A DNA stretch of 64,000 nt from Burkholderiales bacterium. GTDB lineage: Bacteria > Pseudomonadota > Gammaproteobacteria > Burkholderiales > Burkholderiaceae_C. Position numbers and translations under genes: made by a program. The notes beneath the pieces are model-generated. The model saw only the letters and a program-made list of their open reading frames with translations, made no database searches and had not been told where the DNA came from. How positions within the stretch are numbered: the stretch's first letter is position 1; each line of letters starts with the position of its first letter. The stretch covers positions 3,816-67,815 of the forward strand of contig JBBQLQ010000001.1 of the NCBI GenBank assembly GCA_038328055.1. The letters are read 5' to 3'. Positions 59,295 to 64,000 of the stretch are shown here, piece after piece.

Positions 59295-60527
59295 ATGGAA
59301 AGCTACCTGCTGGATTGGGCAAATCTGCTGCTGCGCTGGGCGCATGTCATCACCGCCATTGCCTGGATCGGCTCCTCGTTTTATTTTGTGTTTCTGGACA
59401 GCAGCCTGACCCCGCCGGTCGATGAAGACCTGAAAAAACAAGGTGTCAGTGGTGAACTCTGGGCGGTGCACGGTGGCGGCTTCTACCACCCGGTGAAATT
59501 TGCCGTGCGCCCGCCCCAGTTGCCCGCGCACTTGCACTGGTTTTACTGGGAAAGCTACAGCACCTGGCTGACGGGTTTTGGCCTGTTCACTGTGACCTAC
59601 CTCTACAGCGCCAGCACCTATCTCATTGACAAATCAAAAATGGACTGGTCGCCTGCTTGGGCTATAGGTGTTGCGCTCTCATTTTTGATTATTTTCTGGT
59701 TACTTTACGATGCCATTTGCCGTGTCTATGGTCAGCGCAAAAATGGCGACCGTATCGTCGGCGCGCTGGTCTTCGTGCTGGTATGCGTGGCCAGCTGGTT
59801 GGCCTGCCACTGGTTTGCCGGGCGTGCTGCCTTTTTGCTGGTGGGTGCCATGCTGGCCACGGCCATGAGCGCCAACGTGGCGCACTGGATTATTCCGGGG
59901 CAGCGCAAGATGGTCGCCGCCATCAAGGCCGGCCAGCCGGTCGACCCGATTCATGGCATTCGCGGCAAGCAGCGCAGCGTGCACAACACCTATTTCACCC
60001 TGCCGGTGCTGTTTGCCATGCTCAGCGGTCACTACAGCTTTACCTACACGCACCCACAAAACTGGCTGATGTTGGTGGCCATGATGACGGCTGGCGCTTT
60101 GATCCGGCAGTTTTTTGTGCTGCGCCATGGCTACAAGCTGGGCCGCAATGCCAATCCGCTGCCCTATGCACTGGCGGGGGTGGCTGTGTTGGTGGCCATG
60201 ATCGCCTGGATGCGGCCGCAGCCCGAACCACAAGTTGCTACACAATTAGTAGCTACTCGCGCAGGTAATACGGGGGCTACAAGCCAAATAAGCTATAAAA
60301 CACTGCAAACCGTGCTGGCCCAGCGCTGCTATATGTGCCACGGTGAGCTGGTGCAGATGAAGAACGTGCGGCTGGACTCAGCGGCTAATGTCAAGTTGCA
60401 CGCCCAGGGCATTTACCAGCAAGCCGTAGTGACAAAAATGATGCCCATGAGCAACACCACCGGCATCACCGCAGCCGAGCGCGAGTTGATCCGGCAGTGG
60501 TTTGAGTCTGGTGCCAGTGTTGATTGA
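59295..60527 (+). CDS. puuD: Membrane urate hydroxylase (DUF989 + cytochrome c)
   Basis: RWAHVITAIAWIGSSFYF, WAVHGGGFY, RSVHNTY, CYMCH heme motif. Confidence 0.9.
   Translation: MESYLLDWANLLLRWAHVITAIAWIGSSFYFVFLDSSLTPPVDEDLKKQGVSGELWAVHGGGFYHPVKFAVRPPQLPAHLHWFYWESYSTWLTGFGLFTVTYLYSASTYLIDKSKMDWSPAWAIGVALSFLIIFWLLYDAICRVYGQRKNGDRIVGALVFVLVCVASWLACHWFAGRAAFLLVGAMLATAMSANVAHWIIPGQRKMVAAIKAGQPVDPIHGIRGKQRSVHNTYFTLPVLFAMLSGHYSFTYTHPQNWLMLVAMMTAGALIRQFFVLRHGYKLGRNANPLPYALAGVAVLVAMIAWMRPQPEPQVATQLVATRAGNTGATSQISYKTLQTVLAQRCYMCHGELVQMKNVRLDSAANVKLHAQGIYQQAVVTKMMPMSNTTGITAAERELIRQWFESGASVD
60237..60290 (+). repeat. 54-bp dispersed motif copy 13 (inside puuD linker)
   Basis: GCTA cacaattag TAGC tactc GCGC aggtaatac GGGGGCTACAAGC caa ATA. 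Confidence 0.88.
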
Positions 60528-60556
60528 TGTGTGCTGATGGCTGGTTGTGTGAACAG

Positions 60557-61624
60557 TCAGGCCGCCACTGCCTCGCGCGCTTTGTCGGCCTCAGAGGTGA
60601 ATGAATCGGCATAAAACTCATCGACCGGCAGGCCAGCGGCCAGGTAATCGCGCTGGGCGGATTCGACCACAATCGGCGCGCCGCAGGCATAGACCTGGTG
60701 GTTCGACAGGTCAGGCACATCCTGCAGCACCGCCTGGTGCACAAAGCCGGCGCGCCCGGTCCAGCCGTCCTCTGGCGTGGCATCAGACACCACCGGTACA
60801 TATGCCAGATTAGGCATTTCCAGCAGCTTGGCGTTGACCCAATCGTTCATGTACAAATCGCTAGGCCTACGCCCACCCCAGTACAGCGTGGTAGCGCGGG
60901 TGCTGCCCTTGAATTGCATCTCTTCAATGATCGCCTTGATCGGCGCAAAGCCGGTGCCCGATGCCAGCAAAATGATTGGTCGGGCGCTGTCCTCACGCAG
61001 GTAAAAGCTGCCGTACGGACCTTCAATGCGCAAGATGTCGCGCTCTTTCAGGCTGCCAAAAACCTGGTCGGTGAACAGGCCACCGGGCATGTGACGAACG
61101 TGCAGTTCCAGTCCGCCCTCCGCCAGCCGGTGCGGCGCATTGGCCATTGAATAACTGCGCCGCTTGTTGTCACGCAGCAAAAATTCAATGTATTGCCCGG
61201 CATGGTACTGAAATGGCTCGTTGGCCGGCATTTGCAGCAGCAGGCGCATCACATCGTCAGATTTACGCTCCATCAAGCTGACACGCGTGGGCATTTTTTT
61301 GACAGCAAAAGCACCCTCGGAGGTGACTTGGCGCGACTCCAGCACCACGTCGCTGCTGGGCATCGCGCAGCAGGTCAGTACAAAGCCCTGGGCTTCTTCC
61401 TCGTCGCTGAGGGCTTTGCTCTGGTGCACGCCGTGCGTCACGCTGCCGCTGATTTTTTTGCACTTGCAGGATCCGCAAGCGCCGTCCTTGCAGCCGTAGG
61501 GCAGGTTGATGCCCTGGCGAATACCGGCTGCCAAAATCACCTCGCCAGCGGCCACTGCAAAAGAACGCCCACTGGGTTCCACGGTAATTTGAAAGTCTGA
61601 GGCGGTGGCGGCGTGGCTGGTCAT
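60557..61624 (-). CDS. 2Fe-2S ferredoxin / FAD-NAD reductase (CDP-glucoseen reductase-like)
   Basis: GCKDGACGSC...LTC, RSYS, SGTGFAP, YACG; start ATG 61624. Confidence 0.9.
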   Translation of the reverse strand: MTSHAATASDFQITVEPSGRSFAVAAGEVILAAGIRQGINLPYGCKDGACGSCKCKKISGSVTHGVHQSKALSDEEEAQGFVLTCCAMPSSDVVLESRQVTSEGAFAVKKMPTRVSLMERKSDDVMRLLLQMPANEPFQYHAGQYIEFLLRDNKRRSYSMANAPHRLAEGGLELHVRHMPGGLFTDQVFGSLKERDILRIEGPYGSFYLREDSARPIILLASGTGFAPIKAIIEEMQFKGSTRATTLYWGGRRPSDLYMNDWVNAKLLEMPNLAYVPVVSDATPEDGWTGRAGFVHQAVLQDVPDLSNHQVYACGAPIVVESAQRDYLAAGLPVDEFYADSFTSEADKAREAVAA

Positions 61625-61670
61625 GATGTCGTTATCCTTGGGGCTTGGAACATTTTCAAAGGACTGGATT

Positions 61671-62612
61671 TTGCCTGCTTTAAAAAGCCCCCACCCGCTC
61701 TTATATGCCACCCGGCCCGGCGCACTGCCGGCCCGCTTTCGGCGCGAACGCGTGTTGATCGTCGGTTGTGGCGATGTTGGCATGCGCGTGGCCAGTCAAC
61801 TGCGTGGCCGCGTGCGCCTGCTGGCGCTTACTCCCAGCCCTGAACGCGTGGCTGAGCTGCGCGCCAGCGGCATCACGCCCTTGATTGGAAACCTGGACAA
61901 GCCCGCGTCGATCAGACGCCTGAGCGGGCTGGCCACCCGTGTCGTGCATCTGGCCCCGCCGCCCGACAGTGGCCGGCAAGACCCGCGCACGCTCGCTTTG
62001 ACCCGAACGCTGCGCCGGCGCAGCCAACCGCAAGCCCTGGTGTATGGCTCCACCAGCGGTGTCTATGGCGATTGCCAAGGCCAAGTCGCTACAGAAACAA
62101 GAGCTACTAACGCACATACAGCAAGGGCTAGAAGGCGAATTAGTGCAGAAATCCTAGTGCGCCACTACGGCCGCGCCACCGGCGTGCCCAGCAGCATCTT
62201 GCGCATTCCCGGCATTTATGCGCCCAACCGCGAGGGCGGCACGCCGCATGCGCGCCTGCTCAAAGGCACGCCGGTGCTGCAGGCTTGCGATGATGTGTTC
62301 ACCAACCACATTCACGCCGATGACCTGGCGCGTGCCTGCATTGCCACCCTGTGGCGCGGCCAGCCGCAGCGCATCTACAACGTCAATGACGACACGGTTT
62401 TAAAGATGGCCGACTATTTCGATTTGGCCGCTGATTTGTACGGCCTGCCACGGCCACCACGCATTGCGCGCAGCACGGCCACCGAACACCTCTCACTGAT
62501 GCTGCTGAGCTTCATGAGTGAGTCGCGCCGCATGGACAACACGCGGCTGAAAAAGGACTTGCGGGTGCGGCTGCATTACCCGACGGTGGTTGAAGGCTTG
62601 GCGGGGCGTTGA
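61671..62612 (+). CDS. NAD-dependent epimerase/dehydratase (YeeZ-like atypical SDR)
   Basis: IVGCGDVG, STSGVYGD, LRIPGIY, NHIHADDLA; TTG start inferred. Confidence 0.85.
   Translation: MPALKSPHPLLYATRPGALPARFRRERVLIVGCGDVGMRVASQLRGRVRLLALTPSPERVAELRASGITPLIGNLDKPASIRRLSGLATRVVHLAPPPDSGRQDPRTLALTRTLRRRSQPQALVYGSTSGVYGDCQGQVATETRATNAHTARARRRISAEILVRHYGRATGVPSSILRIPGIYAPNREGGTPHARLLKGTPVLQACDDVFTNHIHADDLARACIATLWRGQPQRIYNVNDDTVLKMADYFDLAADLYGLPRPPRIARSTATEHLSLMLLSFMSESRRMDNTRLKKDLRVRLHYPTVVEGLAGR
62088..62141 (+). repeat. 54-bp dispersed motif copy 14 (inside SDR CDS)
   Basis: GCTA cagaaacaa GAGC tacta ACGC acatacagc AAGGGCTAGAAGG cga ATT. Confidence 0.88.
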
Positions 62613-63070
62613 CCGGCCAGCAAGCCCCGCACCCCCACCTCGCACAAATCCAGCACCCGCTCAAAACCCGCTGCGTTACCGTAATACGGGTCGGGCACCT
62701 CAGCCAAGCCCAGTTCGGGCGCAAACGCCAGCAACAGGTGCAGTTTGGCCAGGTGCTCGGGCGGGCAAATGCGTTGCAGGTTGCCCAGGTTGTCACGGTC
62801 CATGGCCACCAGCAGGTCAAATTTTTCAAAATCTTCGGGCTTGATGGCTCGGGCACGTTGTTTTGCGATCTGGCTGTAGCCGCGCCTGGCAGCCGCTGCC
62901 ACCGCGCGCGGGTCGGGCGGCTCACCGGCGTGGTAGTGGCCGTGCGTGCCAGCCGAATCGATGTCAAATTCACCCAGGCGGCCCTGTTGCTGCGCCAGCG
63001 CGTGTAAAACAGCTTCGGCCATGGGTGAGCGACAAATGTTGCCCATGCAAATCATCAGAATTTTTGTCAT
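62576..63070 (-). CDS. Low molecular weight protein-tyrosine phosphatase
   Basis: CMGNICRS P-loop, DSAGT, VPDPYY. Confidence 0.94.
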   Translation of the reverse strand: MTKILMICMGNICRSPMAEAVLHALAQQQGRLGEFDIDSAGTHGHYHAGEPPDPRAVAAAARRGYSQIAKQRARAIKPEDFEKFDLLVAMDRDNLGNLQRICPPEHLAKLHLLLAFAPELGLAEVPDPYYGNAAGFERVLDLCEVGVRGLLAGQRPAKPSTTVG

Positions 63071-63147
63071 CCGCAAAGCATAGCCGAGATGGACGGATGC
63101 GGTAATAATTGCGGCGGTTCAAGGGGCAATTTCATTGGGGGCAACAG

Positions 63148-63885
63148 GTGTCAACTATTTCGACAGAGCAAGCCGACAGCCAGCAACCCGTGGCCGTACT
63201 GACGCAGGTTGAAAAAACCTACCACCTGGATGCCATTGATGTCCCGGTGATCAAGGGGGTTGACATTCTGGTGCGCCACGCCTGCTTTACCGTGTTGCTG
63301 GGCCCGTCGGGCAGCGGCAAAACCACCTTGCTTAACATGATTGGCTGCATTGACAAGCCCGACAAAGGTGAAATCATCGTGGCCGATACCAAGGTGGGTG
63401 AGCTCAGTGATGACGATCTGTCAGACTTTCGGGCTAAAAACATCGGCTTCATCTTTCAAAATTTCAACCTGCTGCCGGTGCTCAGCGCCTACGAAAACAT
63501 CGAATACCCCTTACTACTGGCCGGTGCGTCGGCCAAAAAACGGGGTGAACGCGTGCCCAAGCTGCTTGAATCGGTGGGCCTGAGCGACCGGGCCAAAAAC
63601 CTGCCCGGGCAGCTCTCGGGCGGACAGCGCCAGCGCGTGGCCATTGCCCGAGCGCTGGCACGCAGACCCAAGCTGGTGATTGCCGACGAGCCCACGGCCA
63701 ACCTTGACAGCCAGACTGGCATGGCCATTCTGGCGCTGATGCGGCGCATGGTGAAGCATTACCAGGTGTCGTTTATCTTTTCGTCGCATGACCCGGATGT
63801 GATCAATGCAGCCGACGACACCATTTACCTCAAGGACGGCTTGATTCAAAAAATCCGGCGCAAGCCGCTGGAGGGCGCGCCATGA
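63148..63885 (+). CDS. ABC transporter ATP-binding protein (LolD/MacB-like)
   Basis: GPSGSGKT, LSGGQRQR, ADEPTANLD; GTG start inferred. Confidence 0.9.
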   Translation: MSTISTEQADSQQPVAVLTQVEKTYHLDAIDVPVIKGVDILVRHACFTVLLGPSGSGKTTLLNMIGCIDKPDKGEIIVADTKVGELSDDDLSDFRAKNIGFIFQNFNLLPVLSAYENIEYPLLLAGASAKKRGERVPKLLESVGLSDRAKNLPGQLSGGQRQRVAIARALARRPKLVIADEPTANLDSQTGMAILALMRRMVKHYQVSFIFSSHDPDVINAADDTIYLKDGLIQKIRRKPLEGAP

Positions 63886-64000
63886 TGATGACCTTCAACC
63901 TGGCCGTGCGCAATTTGCTGCGCAACCGACGCCGTTCGCTCGCCACGCTGCTGGCCATGGCGATTGGGTCGACGGCGATCCAGTTGTTTGGGGGGTTTAG
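63882..64000 (+). CDS. ABC transporter permease (FtsX/LolE-like), partial
   Basis: MMMTFNLAVRNLLRNRRRSLATLLAMAIG; overlaps ATPase stop. Confidence 0.8.
   Translation, partial: MMMTFNLAVRNLLRNRRRSLATLLAMAIGSTAIQLFGGF

Overview
GC-rich betaproteobacterial chromosome segment. Gene order and protein sequences suggest Comamonadaceae (Rhodoferax-like); this is an inference. It is mostly core housekeeping: ugpBAE, a large FAD/Fe-S oxidoreductase, ubiE-tim44-ubiJ-ubiB, aspS, nudB, clsB, folE, ctpA, gpmA, grxC-secB-gpsA, nadCA, greB, spoT-rpoZ-gmk-yicC, an S/T kinase/PP2C pair, rph-rdgB-hemW, a TAXI TRAP transporter, maeB and a urate/allantoin catabolic cluster. The main unexplained signal is a dispersed ~54-bp fixed-spacing motif, consensus GCTA-N9-TAGC-N5-RCGC-N9-AAGGGCTAGAGGC-N3-WWW. 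I found 14 copies by eye (7 per strand). They lie between genes, across start/stop codons and inside conserved coding regions, in several cases apparently overprinted on the protein without an indel. This looks more like a genome-wide protein-binding code than a recent MITE. Also present: a Phd/YefM-CcdA hybrid antitoxin with CcdB between aspS and nudB, a palindromic element found both intergenically and in-frame inside an enzyme, a REP/MITE-like cluster at 57.4-57.7 kb, a folE-BLUF-DUF429 operon and an orphan TusE/DsrC-thioredoxin pair. No rRNA, tRNA, CRISPR array or intact transposase was recognised. Homologue comparisons are from memory of the families and were not computed.
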